Below, piece after piece: positions 1 through 12,568 of a DNA stretch of 47,548 nt. This stretch comes from Ministeria vibrans ATCC 50519 (lineage: Eukaryota > Protista > Filasterea): the NCBI GenBank assembly GCA_943704425.1, contig CALSCP010001006.1:1-47548 (forward strand), given 5' to 3'. How positions within the stretch are numbered: position 1 is the first letter of the stretch; each line of letters opens with the position of its first letter. A program made the translations under genes and the position numbers. The notes beneath the pieces were generated by a model. That model worked only from the letters and a program-made list of their open reading frames with translations, was not told the origin of the DNA and ran no database searches.

Positions 1-67
<67 letters not shown>

Positions 68-78
68 TAGAGAAAGAG
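1..78. repeat. (AG)n microsatellite inside a TSR3 intron
   Basis: Near-perfect AG run from base 1; it lies downstream of the minus-strand GT donor at ~114. Confidence 0.95.
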
Positions 79-114
79 AACATAGTGATTGGCACACAGA
101 GTACCATTGCCTAC

Positions 115-961
115 CTTTGCTTGTGCTGCCAACACTTCTTCGCTCGTCTCGCACGCTGCATAGCGCTCCAGCAGCTCTGCATTCAGTTCTACATGTACGT
201 TTTTATTTTGTTTTAGACTTGCACACACTAAATTCACATCGAGGTTATCACGAACCGAAGAAACTGTGTCCCCACGAAAACTTTTCGAGAACTTTTCGGG
301 CGTTTTCGGGCTGACCACACATGAAAAAGGCGGCGGCAAAGGCCTCGGCACACGACAGACGGCAGGGCTTGCCGTAGTTGATGGGATTGGCCGCAACAAG
401 ATAGGGTACTGTAAGATGGGAGCCACGACGTTGTGTCAAGTCACACGCTTGGACGTAGAATACACACGCTTACACAATCGAGGATGCTCGCAACGCAGTC
501 GATGAAACGGCACGGTTTCAAGCTGCGCCCATGAGCAGTCTACGACGGCCAGACCATGTTCAAGGACAATGTCTCGGTCGGCGGGAGACACCGTCGCCTT
601 GCCGTGAGGACTACAGCAACACCATGAGTCACACCACTGCAGCTTTTGATGCACTCTACTACCTCAAGACAAGTCCGAGGAACCGAGCATTCACACGCAG
701 ATCACGCACAAGACCAAATCGCATCAGTTTGCGTCCACTGCATTTCTTAGGATCGCATTGCGCAAAGTCCTACACATACCAGTGTACGTATGAAGCAAAA
801 CAAAAACAACAACAAAAAAAACGATGGCACACAGTGCGTGTCGTGTCTCGTCTCACCCACATCGCAAGGTCCGGAAGTCCCTGGGCCTTGGAAGCCGAAG
901 AAGAGGCGTCGCCTTCGTCGCCACTACCGCTGCACGACTCGTCGTCATCATTGTCATCATT

Positions 962-1004
<43 letters not shown>

Positions 1005-1171
1005 GCGGGAGCGCACTCGCGAAGATCACGAAACCGTTGACTGCCCCGTCCGCGTCCGCCTTTGCCTCGTGCGCCGCCGCCATGACCACCACCGCCCCCT
1101 CCCGAACTTCCCAAGCCTCCCTTTCCCCTTCCACGTCCGCCGCCTCCGCCTCCGCGTGTAGTTTTGCCCAT
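115..1171 (-). CDS. TSR3: 18S rRNA aminocarboxypropyltransferase Tsr3 (3' end runs off the window)
   Basis: Spliced translation LAMW|[15 protein letters not shown]...VLS|[11 protein letters not shown]...VVDCSWA...RL|[27 protein letters not shown]...FSWGHSFF|[17 protein letters not shown] introns at ~856-770, 662-611, 473-409 and ~256-189. Gly-rich and Asp-rich N-terminal extension. Confidence 0.95.
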
Positions 1172-1233
1172 ATTAACGAGAAAAAATTTGACGAAGTTCT
1201 GACTTCTGAGTCACTGCTTTTCAATTTATTTTG

Positions 1234-4200
1234 ATGTCCAACTCACAAAGATATCAGTGGACCGGCTCTCGAGGCCGCCTTGACATTGATCCGATGGGCG
1301 CATCGTCGCTGGCGTCACAACGCGACGCAGGCGCCCACAGATCATCTTCGTCGTCAAGCTACCGCCAAAAGGAGTTCACCGTCACCAGCACTTCTGCGCT
1401 GCCCCGTGCCTCTGCCGCCGCCTCATCGGTATGTTCCATGGACACATCCGTTATTGCGAGAGAGAAAGGGCGTGTGTGCGCTGCGTGAATAATCAGCATT
1501 GGACAACCTGTCAAAATTTGAAATACAATGGGTTTTGTTGTTTGGCGGTAGGCAACGACACGTAAAAACGTCGCAAATGCCCTTTCGGCGACACGCGACC
1601 AGGCGTCCATGGTCGAGTCCGATGCGTACACCAACGACAGGCTGACGCGCCGTGTCGACGAAGTCAAAGCAACCCAGGAGCGGCTGGCACGGGCGATTGA
1701 CAAGGAAAACTCAAAGGGCTCCTCTCGACAGGTATTCGCTTCTGCTGATCCACGATGCGTCTTGTCCCACCCCCTAACCCACTCACCCTGGACCAACACA
1801 CTCCATCATGCAACTATCGTTGCAAACACTGCTCATCATCTGTCAAACTTTTTGAATTTTTGAATTTTCCATTTTGATATGTCTTTTTTTTTTTTTTTTT
1901 TTTTTTTTTGAAATTTCCGTCTTGTGATGGAAAGGGACCCTCACGACTTGATTCGACTGGGGACGCTGGAGGGGCTCGGGTGCAAGAGGCGACGATCCGC
2001 CAGCTGCGCGATCAGCTGGCATCGAGCAAGAAGGAGGCGGACACCTTTCGGACGTCTGTGCTGGACTGGCGCAAAGAGCGCGACCAGATGGAGCGCAAAC
2101 TGGGGGCCATGGAGAGCCAGCTGGAGACGGAGCGACGCGCGCGCAAGACGGTCGAGGACACGTACATGTCGTCGGTGGCGGCACGTACCTCCGAGTGGGG
2201 CGGGCCCGCGTCAGTCAAGTTTGCCAAGCGTCGTCACCTGGAGCAAGAGAACGCCGAGCTCAAGCAGACACTGCAGGAGAAACACATGCGTCTGGGAGAC
2301 TTGGAGGCGTCTCGACGCGAGGCCCTGGATCGTGCACGCGAAACCGAAATGGCGGCTGTTGCTAATCTGGCGCAAGTGTCGCGCGAGCGAGACGATTTGG
2401 AGCGCGAGGCAACTCGTCTGAATGCTCGTGTGCAGGCGAGCAACGATGAGGTGCGCGGGTTTGTGCGCGCAGGCGAAGAGATGCGTCATGCGCTGGCATG
2501 TGCACAGGAGCGTGCGGAAGAGACAACGGTGCAGCTGAATGAGGAGCAGGACAAGCGAGCAATGGCGGAGGGAGAGGTGTGCCGCCTGCGCGACGCGCTA
2601 GACACGATGCGTCGAAAGTACACAGAGACGCGCACAGTCAAGGACGAGACGGAGGGTAGCGTCACTCGACTGCGCGAGCGTGTACGTGTGCTGGAAGCCA
2701 GCGAAAAGTGCAACGAACAGCAGCTGGAACTGGAGCGCAAGCTGTGCGAGGACGTCAAGCGACGCTGTGAGCTGCTCGAGGAGGAGGTCAAGGGTACGCG
2801 AACGGAGCTCAGCGAGACCCGTCGACGCCTCGAGACAACCTCGTCGACACTGGAGCAGTGCGAAGACGAGCTTAGTAGTGTTCGTGAGGCGGCGCAGCGC
2901 CATGGCGAGTCGGCCAAGGCATCGCTGGCACAGACGTCGGACGAGCTGCGAGATGCGCTTGAGGCACTGCGACGCGAGCAGAAGGCGCATCAAAGCGACT
3001 TGGAGAAGAGCGCACGCGAGGTGGACGAACTGCAGGAGCGCGTGCGTTTGGCACAGGACGAAGGAGAGCACTTACGACGTCTGATGGCGGATGGGGCTAG
3101 CAAGGCGGACGACACGGCGGCCATGCTGCGTGAGGAGTGCGCGCGCATTGGTGAACTGCGCAAGTCGGCCGAGGACCGTTGTGCGGCAGCAGAGCGTCGT
3201 ATTGTACAACTGCAGCAGCTGAACATGGAGGTAGAGGAGCGTCTGTCGCACACGGACGGTGAGCGTGCGGGTGCGGTGGAGCACGCAAAGCGGCAGCAAA
3301 CCGAGATGGAGACCCTGCGCGAACAGATGCAACGCCGCTCCGACGCCGCCACACAGCAAGAGTCGGAGGTGCGTCGACTGCGTAATAAGAACGCCGAGAT
3401 GGCGCGACAGTATGCGGTGGAGCGCGAAGAGCTCATTGACGAACACCGACGCGACCTGCGACGACTGGGCGAGGACCGTGAGCGACTCGTAGCCGAGCAC
3501 CGCGCAGCCATCGAGCGGCTCATTGCCGAGGCAGCCGCCGAGAAGCACCGTTTGCTGGACGGGCGGATGCGCGCCGAGGATGGAGCACGGCTGCAGCAAG
3601 AAATGCACGAGCAGCAACGAGCGCTGGAGGCGCGTCTGGCCGAGCAGACGGCGCAGGCAGACGAGGAGCGACGTCAGTTGGCGGACACGCTACACGAGCG
3701 CGCCGAGGCAATGGAACGCGAATGGCAGTCCAAGGTGGCACTGCTCGAGAACGAGAACGACAATTTGGCGGCAATGCTCGAGGAGAAGGACGCCGAGCTG
3801 CAGCATTTGGCGCAAGAGGCGGCGCACTACGAGAAGCTTGCCAACGACGGCGACATGTACCGCGAGCGGGCGCTTGAGTACCGCAAGCGCGAATTGTCGC
3901 TTGCAGCCGAACTCACCGAGACGGTCGCAGCCATGGACGAGCAGGCGGACGAGCGACGTCAAGGCTCGGCCGAGGAAAAGGAACTTCGCGAAGAAATGAC
4001 CCAGATCAAGGCCCGCTTGGCCGATGCCGACAACCTTGTGCGCAAGGCCGAGCAGGACGCAAACGTACTTCATATTACAAATGCTCAACATCCCATCTTA
4101 TACAATTGTATATCACTTGTAGGAACTGCGAGTGAAGCTGCAGCGGTCGACAGAGGAGCGCGATGAGCTGGAGGACACGATTGCGCAGCTCCGACGCACT

Positions 4201-4821
4201 GCGATGGCCAATGCAGCGGATGCCATCACTCGCGAGCGGTTTGCAGCACTTGTTGCGTCACTGCAGACGTGTGTGGGACTGGTGGAGCGCCAGACACAGT
4301 CGGCGCGCAAGCACATGCGATTCAGTGCAAGCATGAATCTGACACCGCGGTCGACGGCAGCGCACTCGCGCGAGGACCACGAGGCACTGGTGGAGGCGGT
4401 TGCGTCGGTGCGGCGCATTCTGGGGGCGGCGACGAGCCAACAGGAGCAGGCGGATGCCCTTGGCGCATCCATGTCGGCCTCGACAGCTCCGTCTTCTGCT
4501 GGTGCTGCTGCCGAGCCCCAGTGGCGTTCCGAGTATGCTTTCTGCCAGCCCATTCTCAAGGTGGTTGAGCGGTCGCGTCTAGAGACAGCGCAGTTCCTCG
4601 AGACACATCGCGAGACAGAGGGTGCAGGAGGAAACGAACTGACAACGGCAATGCGGGCCAAGGTGCTCGAGCTGGATCAACACATGGGACTGCTGATGCA
4701 GCTCATCACGCGCGTTGTTGGGTTTGCCACTGCGCAGGGCACCTCCATCAAGAACGCCGCCAACGCCATTGTATCGGCAACACCTCTCTCGCCGCGCACG
4801 CCCCGCACTCGTGCCCACTGA
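1234..4821 (+). CDS. Long coiled-coil protein (~1,050 aa), possibly centrosomal or cytoskeletal
   Basis: The 752-aa E/R/A/L/Q-rich heptad ORF 1908-4166 joins ORF 4132-4821 through an intron at ~4064-4102. Upstream exons are ~1234-1428 and ~1552-1731. No recognisable catalytic motif. Confidence 0.75.
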
Positions 4822-4914
4822 CATTGCGTATACATTGCGTTTTAATAATACAAACTGTGATTGTGTGAGAGAGAGAAAGTGTGCGAGTGAGTGGCCATTA
4901 TTTTAAATTGGGGT

Positions 4915-5934
4915 TTAGGCGTCAAGCTTTGAAACACCCCCAGCACGACCGTGATCAAAGTTATGGGCACGCTCCCACTCGATCATGGCAAGGGGGCGAA
5001 AGTTGGTGATGTAGGCGCGACGCTGGGTGCTACGTGAGGGAGAAAGAAACAAAGTGAGAGAGGAGAGAGAGAGAGATGAGGGGAAAGCAAGTGACAGTGT
5101 ATGCTGTACTTGGTGGTGTTGCCGCGTGAGTAGTGTAGTGTGCGGCCGTGGTGGAAAGTGCACGAGCCGGGGGGCAGAGGGATGGGAGTGCCCTCCGCCT
5201 CGGAGCAGTCGTGTGTCGTGAGGACGTGTGAGCCGGGAGATGCAGGCTCGTGTTTTCGAATCGCCGTGTTGGCCGGGCTGCTCGGGACAAACCACATGCA
5301 GCCATTGTCGACGGTGGACTCATCGATGGCGGTCCAGCAGCTCAACGCCGTCTTCTCTGGCATGTCCGGCCAATACCCTTCGTCCTGATGCCACGGCACC
5401 GCCGTGTCCGTGTGAGGTGCCTACACGATAAAACAGCCGTGTTTCAATGCAAGGGTGAAGGCATTTTCGGAGGGTCAAGCGACCTTGGCAATGAGCATGT
5501 CAAAATCAAAGGCGACATCATTTCGCCCGAGCAAGACTTGACTCAGCAAACAAGCTCGCGTATGCAGCGGCCCCTCGTCCAATTGACGCACAAAGTCGGA
5601 CGGCCACATGATCTGCAGTACATTCTCGGCTTGCTCCCTCTTCTGCGGCGTGTGCGCTCCTAGATCCCATCGGTGCGAGGCGGAGTTGATGCGGCCGTCA
5701 ACAAACCTTTCGTACAGCTCACGGTACACCGCCACACATGCCTCGTCGAGGATTCCGTCCACTCGAACATAGCCATTGCTCAAAAAGCTTGCACGCAGCT
5801 CGTCGACGGGCTGTGTTTTGAGCCATTCGTCCGCTGGCTACATAATTATATTGTTTACTTTCGCGGTTTCACAGTTGTATTCAAATTTCTGACCAAATGA
5901 GTTGGAAATTTAACTGGAGGCGCCTTCAAACCAT
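4915..5934 (-). CDS. Phytanoyl-CoA dioxygenase (PhyH)-family Fe(II)/2-oxoglutarate dioxygenase
   Basis: Motifs F..NGYVRV, PWHQD (HxD), WTAIDESTVDNGCMWFVP, FHHGRTLHYS (distal His) and RRAY. The start is tentative: ATG at 5934, then an intron to an acceptor at ~5838. Confidence 0.85.
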
Positions 5935-6182
5935 CCGGGATTGTTGACTCGGACGTTTTTACGTGTGTCATTTTGAATAAGATTAAGATTAATTCACTCA
6001 TTAATATTAATAATAATAATAATTATAATTTTTTTTGGTATTATGTTTCACACACACAGTTTTTTTGTGAGCTGTTCTTTTTCCTCACCTGTTACAAGAA
6101 ACGACGGGTGTGAGCGGACACAAACAAAAGGATTCCAAAAGTGTACAAGTTAGGTTATTGTAATGATACATGTCTCGTACGC

Positions 6183-7520
6183 CTACACAAAGGGGGCCTT
6201 TTTCAGATAGCGCTCAAAGAGCGACTCAAGATCACGAATGACAAAGGCACAGAAGACAGTGTGAAGGAAGTCACTGACGCGGCGGAGAGAGGCGAGAATG
6301 GCGGAGACGAGAGGCGTGTCGAGTTGACCGGGCGGAAGCGCTGACAAGTGCACGAGCCAATCTTCAAGGGGCAGCGACAGCGTGATGAACGACGCCAGTG
6401 TCTGGCCGTAACGTGACAGGGGCACTTGTTCGCCTTCCCGGTCTTTTGTCAGCAAACGTGTCATCTACGTTGGTACATTGTAAGCCTAATTTGTAGATCG
6501 CAGGTAATGCGCGATAACACCACGTTGCTCGGGTACCTTCCCCTTAAGACGCAACATGGCGCTGGTGCCCTTCTGGACATGTTGGGCACTGCCAGACTGA
6601 TCAATACGCGGAATGCTAAAGCTGAGTTTGCGCGCCAAATGGTTCTGAATCATGTCGAGGACCGTCACCAATTCGCTCAGTTCGTGATCGGCCGTCGCCC
6701 ACGACTGGCTCTCTTCGGTTACTCGGATGTCCTTCAGGATCTTTAAGTGTAGCATAATCGAGTCGCACGCAATGAACTGGGAGACAATGGAAGATAATGT
6801 GAGAGGGCCGCGTACGAAATTGTATTGTCACCTTTTGACCCATAGCTGCCGGTTTGACATCTTCTTGCCTCCAAAGTGCTGATGGCACATATCTACAGAG
6901 AGAAGAAGAAGAAAGCAACAGAGCGATGAGAGAAAAAAGGGAGAAGGAAACAAAGCGATAGAGAGAGAAGGAAGGGAGGGAGAAAGAAGCAAAGTGATAG
7001 AGAGAGGAGGGAGGGTGAAAGAAGCAAATAGAGAGAGGAGGGAGGAAGGGAAAAAGAAACAAAGTGATAGAGAGAGGAGGAAGGGAGGGAGAAAGAAACA
7101 AAGTGATAGAGAGAGAGAGTGCGTGTGTGTGTGTGTGTGTGTGTGACAGCGAGAGGGTGTGTGAAAGAGAAACAAAGTGATAAAGAGTGATGGAGAGAGA
7201 GAAACAACGTAATAAAGATATAAGACATGCTTTAGATGAAAAGGGTAAGTGGGCAGGAGAGAGGGATGGTGCAACACGTACAATTGAGGAGAAATGTAAC
7301 CGCCAGTGGTGATGATCTGATGGAAGATCTGCATGAGCCAAAAGGGTTGGCGTAGGGATGAGACAGGCGGAGGTGCGGGTGAGGTGCCGTGGGGCATGGT
7401 GGTGTCGTTGATGAAGGCGGGTCCTACTGCGGCCGTCGTCGACGGAGCGGCAGCGGTGCTCTCAAGTTCACGACATCGTTTGGTGTACGCCTAAGCGCAA
7501 AAGCAAGAAGGTGCATTGGT

Positions 7521-7555
<35 letters not shown>

Positions 7556-7820
7556 GCAATGGTACCTCGATAAGAGAGGTGATGCGACCTCGCTGCGTCT
7601 CCGATAGCCAGTCGGGTGACTGCTCGTCGGATATCTCGCTTGATAACACTTCGACAGTGGAGAGAAACTGGGCAGAGAGTGAGCGAGAGAGCATTTTTGC
7701 AAAACATACCTGCACTGAGAGACTGTACGCTGCAATGGCCGCATCACGGTCACCAGCGACGTCGGCGGCAACAGCGTACTTTGCGGGGTTGAGGGCGCGA
7801 CTGATTAAGTTTCGAGACAT
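6183..7820 (-). CDS. MIT-domain protein with a conserved helical C-terminal domain
   Basis: The N-terminus LISRALNPAKYAVAADVAGDRDAAIAAYSLSVQ fits MIT helices 1-2. The C-terminal LRQPFWLMQIFHQIITTGGYISPQLYVPSALWRQ and DFLHTVFCAFVIRDLESLFERYLKK resemble, from memory, an uncharacterised fungal MIT-protein family. Confidence 0.7.
6898..7215. repeat. Degenerate intronic minisatellite (AGAAAGAAACAAAGTGATAGAGAG-like units) plus (GT)n
   Basis: About 6-8 imperfect copies in an intron of the MIT gene; the same unit recurs in other introns. Confidence 0.8.
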
Positions 7821-7889
7821 TTTGAGACATAAAAAGAGTTAAGTTTTAGCCAGAGACTCAGATTCTAAGATCACAAAACCCTACTTTTT

Positions 7890-7931
<42 letters not shown>

Positions 7932-8034
7932 GCTCTTTGTTTTTGTTGATCGCGAACGAACACACTAATATTATAATATTTTTTATTGATATGACTACTA
8001 AACGAGTCAGAAAAGGACCAAACTGAAATACCAC

Positions 8035-10343
8035 CTACATATGACCCTTCTTCTCGGCCTGTCGCAATTTGCGTGCTAGATAGTGATCAAAGAGAGGCGA
8101 GTTCAACATTAGTTGATTGCATTGTTTTGATTGGTTTGGTACCAAGTTCCTGGTTTCGACTGAGAATGCGTTCCATTGCATTGCGAGAGCTTACATCGCG
8201 ACACTGGTAGCCAAACTTACGCAGCGATGAGTTCTTCTCGAGCAACTTTGGAATCTCACGCTCGACATTGGCACTGGGCATTTGACGCTAAAGAAACAAT
8301 GTTTGAGTCAAAGCCCCCCCTCACTTTGTTTCTTTCTCCCTCCCTCCTCTCTCTCTCTCTCTATCTCTCTATATGTGTGACAGTTTGCTCCGCGTTACTT
8401 GGTTGACGAGACGCAGCTCAGTGAGGAATACGTTCGAGGCGAGTGCGCGCAGAATGACCAGAACACCTTTGCCCGTAATGTTGTTTGTCTCCAGATTGAG
8501 CACAGTGATTGATGGAGAGCGCTCCAAAAGGGTTGCAATCAGCTGCAACGGCAACGACACTGTCGGTGAATATATAATATTATTTAAGAGTGGGTTACGG
8601 GTGCTTCTTCGTCGGTGAGCCCACAGTTGGCCATTTGCAGCTCCTCGAGATGCGTACTCTTAGCAGCCGCATTGAGAATGTTGCGGGCAACCTGCAAACC
8701 AATGTATTGGTGCGTATGAGTGTGTGTCTGTCTATCTATCAATCTCTTTCGGTGTCACTCAGTGTCTTGTCTCTCCGTTTTTTGTCTCTCATGTCTTGTC
8801 ACTCTCTCGTGTGTTGTCTCTCCGCGTTCATACGTCAATCGTGACACCCGTGTGATTGTTAAAGTTGGCGCGCGTGCACTCTGGCTCATCGTAAATGAGT
8901 TCCTTGACCGTCTTGTCAATCTCCGTCTTGTTCACTCCGTCAAATGACAATGTCGTAGCAGACGGTTTTCTCGGCTCTACGAGAACACCACACTCCATTC
9001 AATACAACCCTTCCTTCAGAGTGTTGCTTACGCGTCGCCAAAAACGAGTTTCTCTTAATGACACTCTTCTCCTGAGTGCTGACATGGCGCAGTCCATCAA
9101 GCGATGACGTAGAGCTCTTGCGCGTGCTGTCGACCGTCGACCTTAGCCCCGCTGCACTCGCCCCCGACGTCGTTGCGTGGCGCCCGTCCATCTACACACA
9201 TCCAGTCACACACACACACGTACCGTTTTTTTTACGAGTACCTCTTGAGCAAGTTTGGCAAGTTCTGCCTCGTCTACACCCGCCAGTGCTGCTTCAATCT
9301 CCGCATCCTCATCACTGCGCGCTACAGAGCCAGAAGACACCCGCAGACCCGTCCCAGCACTCCTACCCCAACACACAAAATACGCATAGCAATTAGAGCT
9401 CTGCCTGTTGCCTGTTTCTCTCTGTCTGTGCTTTACCCCGGCGAATTCGCTCGTGCCGACACTCCCTCAAACTCTTCTACTTTGTTGCGCAGTGCCAGCG
9501 CACGTGCTTTAATTGCTGCAAGTTTCTGTTGCTTCACCGGATCTGGCGCACAACATACAGTCATTTTGAATCGTTTGTTTTCTTTCTTTTTTAGAGACGG
9601 TACCGTCGGAAATAGACGCACGCCGACCTGCCTCAACTGCCTTTCCAACAGACGTGGTCGATGAGGTCTGGAAAAAGACATACAGAGGGCGCGTGTGTCA
9701 GACAGATGCACACAAAATGAGAAAATCACGTACGCGTTTTCTTTCGGCTGGAGGTGACTCCACCGATGGCGCACCCACCGACTAAGGGAAAGAAGAGCAG
9801 GTGTTAGTGAGAGTGGCAGGGGTGGTTCGCCTGTTTTCGTACTCTTGCCGACACAGTGGGCGATAGTCCCGCCTGAAACACACAACCCAACACACTTGAG
9901 CGACTCTCCTCTGCTCTGCGTTTTTTTTGCTCTTACCTTTCGGGCGGTCGTTGCACTCGCCATGCGAGCCGAGAAGGCTGATGCGGCATCAGACGCCGCC
10001 TTGGGTGCGGGCACATCGCTGGCCTTGTCCTGTGCGCACCGAGACACAAATGTAAACATACCATTTTTTGGAAAAAGTGGTCATTTTTTTCACATCTGCA
10101 TACCAGTGCAGCGAGCTCGGAAGCAAGCGCATCCACCTCTTCCTTCTTCAATGAATTCAACGTGGCGTCGGTGTCGTCGATTTTCATGGATCGCACCTGA
10201 AAAACAAACAATATGTTTTTTTTTTTGGACAACTTGACCGCCTTGATTCTGTTCCAGACAAACAGTCGACCAACAAAGATGGGTACCTGTGCGCGCATAG
10301 CACGAAGTTGTTCGCGAGCGGTCTTTCGTTCGGGGTTCGACAT
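8035..10343 (-). CDS. TMOD: Tropomodulin (actin pointed-end capping protein)
   Basis: N-terminal DDTDATLNSLKKEEVDALASELAALD and internal DAEIEAALAGVDEAELAKLAQE match the Tmod N-terminal helices. The LRR cap reads EIDKTVKELIYDEPECTRANFNN...SITVLNLETNNITGKGVLVILRALASNVFLTELRLVNQ...VEREIPKLLEKNSSLRKFGY...ILSRNQEL|ARKLR. Many GT-AG introns; stop at 8035-8037. Confidence 0.9.
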
Positions 10344-10528
10344 GACTACAAAATCAAAATGACTTACTTTTAACTTTTTAGTTTACTTATTTTGTTCACT
10401 GATCATCGCAAAACTATTGGTCGTCTTTCTCTTCTGTCGCTCACTTACACTACACAGCTGACATAAGAGTGATAAGACAGTGGACATTCTCTCCCGACAC
10501 CCATTCATTGCACAGTAGGACAGTCAGC

Positions 10529-10864
10529 ATGATGTCTGTCTGATGTGTTGTTTGACAGTGTTCTGCCCTCTAGGAAACAAGTATCACCTTGGCGATCACC
10601 CTCACCAATGCGCAGTCGTTCTCGCAGGTATCCTCCCCGCCCGATGTGTCTCCCAGCGCCCACCAAAGGCTCTTTTTGCCTTTATTGACTCTCTCTCCTT
10701 CATCTCCGCAGCCTGTCGCCTCGCCGCCGCTCTCCATCACGCTCTTATAGTCGAAGTCGTTCACCTGCTAGATCCCCATCCGGCTCGCCACCTCCACGAC
10801 GTCGCCAGTACGACTTTTTTTTTTCTTTTTTTTTGTATTTCTTTTCCATTCCTCTCTCTCTCTT

Positions 10865-10902
<38 letters not shown>

Positions 10903-11882
10903 ACTCTCTTCTCACCACGTCCATGTCGAGTGCTCCTTCCCTCACGTGCTTCATGGCGTTGACTCGATTGACCCCCCCCCACACACAAACACTCACACTT
11001 TGGTTGTGTAGCTCTGCGTCGCAGTCGCCTGATCAGCACCCTCCTCGCCGCGGATCTCGCTCAGTGTCGCCTTCCGCCGGCGCCGTTGCTACAGACTTTG
11101 CTGCAGGACGTGTCTATGTCAACAGTCTTACCAAGAATGTGACGCGTGCGCACTTGCAAGAGATCTTCTCTGTGTACGGACGATTGCGCAGCATTGACGT
11201 GCCCCATCGTCAGGGTGTGATGCTCGGCCATGCCTTTGTCCACTTTGAGGCACCCGAGGATGCCCTTACTGCCATTGAGCATATGGATGGTGGTCAAATT
11301 GATGGTGTTCATGTTACCGTGGAGGTGCGCAGACCGACTGGACGGGCGGGTGGTGGCAAACGACGCACCTCCAGACGCGGCGGTGGCCGTTCTCCGCCTC
11401 GCGGTCGTCGCTACAGTCGCTCACCTCCACGTCACTTTGGTGGCGGTGGTGGTGGACGAGCCTCGTCGCCTGCTTACCGTCGTCGTGGATCCCGTTCTCC
11501 GCCTCCTCCCCGCCGTCGACGTGGTGACTCCCGTTCGCCCCCTCCCCCTCGTCGTTTCCGTGCCTCTCGTAGTCCACCCCCACCTCGTCGCTTCCGCGAC
11601 TCTCGCTCTCCACCTCCACCTCGTCGTTTCCGCGACTCTCGCTCACCACCCCCGCCTCGTCGTCGTCGCGACTCACGCTCTCCCCCTCCCCCGCGCCGCT
11701 TCCGCAGCTCTCGCTCTCCACCTCCGCCTCGCCGTCGCGACTCTCGCTCTCCACCTCCGCCTCGTCGTCGTGAATCTCGCTCTCCTCCTCCGCCTCGTCG
11801 TCGCGACTCTCGCTCTCCTCCTCCACCTCGTCGTCGCGTCTCTCGCTCACCGCCTTCCCCTCGCGGTCGCGATCGCTTCTAA
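10529..11882 (+). CDS. RNPS1: RNPS1/SR45-like splicing and EJC factor (S/R-rich region, RRM, R/S/P repeats)
   Basis: RRM RVYVNSLTKNVTRAHLQEIFSVYG...GHAFVHFE..DALTAIEHMDGGQIDG. RS-rich upstream exons at ~10573-10627 and ~10711-10807. Start codon uncertain (10529 or 10608). Confidence 0.85.
11478..11865 (+). repeat. Coding tandem repeat: ~11 copies of a 33-36 nt unit encoding RR(F/R)(R)DSRSPPPP
   Basis: Ten SRSPPPP plus one SRSPPSP in the translation. Confidence 0.9.
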
Positions 11883-12080
11883 ATACAAATACAAAAAAGT
11901 AGTAGTAACCGGCCTCTTAACACACACATACAACAGCAACAGAAACGCACACACATACACGTGCACTCGACAGGCAAAAAAGGAAGTGATGAGACAAGAA
12001 GGTCACTTTTGACTTTACTGATTATTTTATTTTTATTTTTATTTTTATTTTTTTTCCTTTCTTACTTACTTACTCATAAA

Positions 12081-12527
12081 ATGGCTGACGACGATTTTAC
12101 TCCTGAGGAGACTCCGGGATACAAGGCCCCGGCTCAGGTGCGTTCCACTCGACCTTTTTCCCAACTTTTTTTTTTCTTCTCTTTTGTGTGTCTCTTTCTC
12201 TCTCTGTTTCTGTCTCTCTCTCTCTCTCTCTCCTACAACCCGTCTTCATTGCTTCTCTGTCCGCCTCATCCTTGCTTGCTCGTCAATGCATGTTTTCGGT
12301 GGCGGTCCACCGCTGGACGCACAGCGACAAGTGTCGACGAGCTTATTAAAAAACGCACAAAAAAAACGCTGAAAATCCCTCAACTGTGACCTCTGGAGAC
12401 ACCGCAGCCCCCGGATCTGTGCTCCATTGCGAACCCTTGCATGTCTTCCACCCCGTCGCGTCGTTGCCTGCTCGTGTACCGACCACACTTCTGTGTTTGG
12501 CGTTTTGTCTTTGAGATTCGTGAAAAT

Positions 12528-12568
<41 letters not shown>

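Noticed and set aside
1490-1915. Several TTTGAA (CHR-like) words in introns of the coiled-coil gene
   Set aside because: Expected by chance in AT-rich introns, with no supporting adjacent E2F sites.
1234-4821. Assigning the coiled-coil protein to myosin, tropomyosin or a named centrosomal protein
   Set aside because: No motor domain or diagnostic motif; coiled-coil similarity alone is uninformative.
11478-11865. CRISPR-like repeat array
   Set aside because: There are no unique spacers; it is an in-frame coding repeat in a eukaryotic gene.
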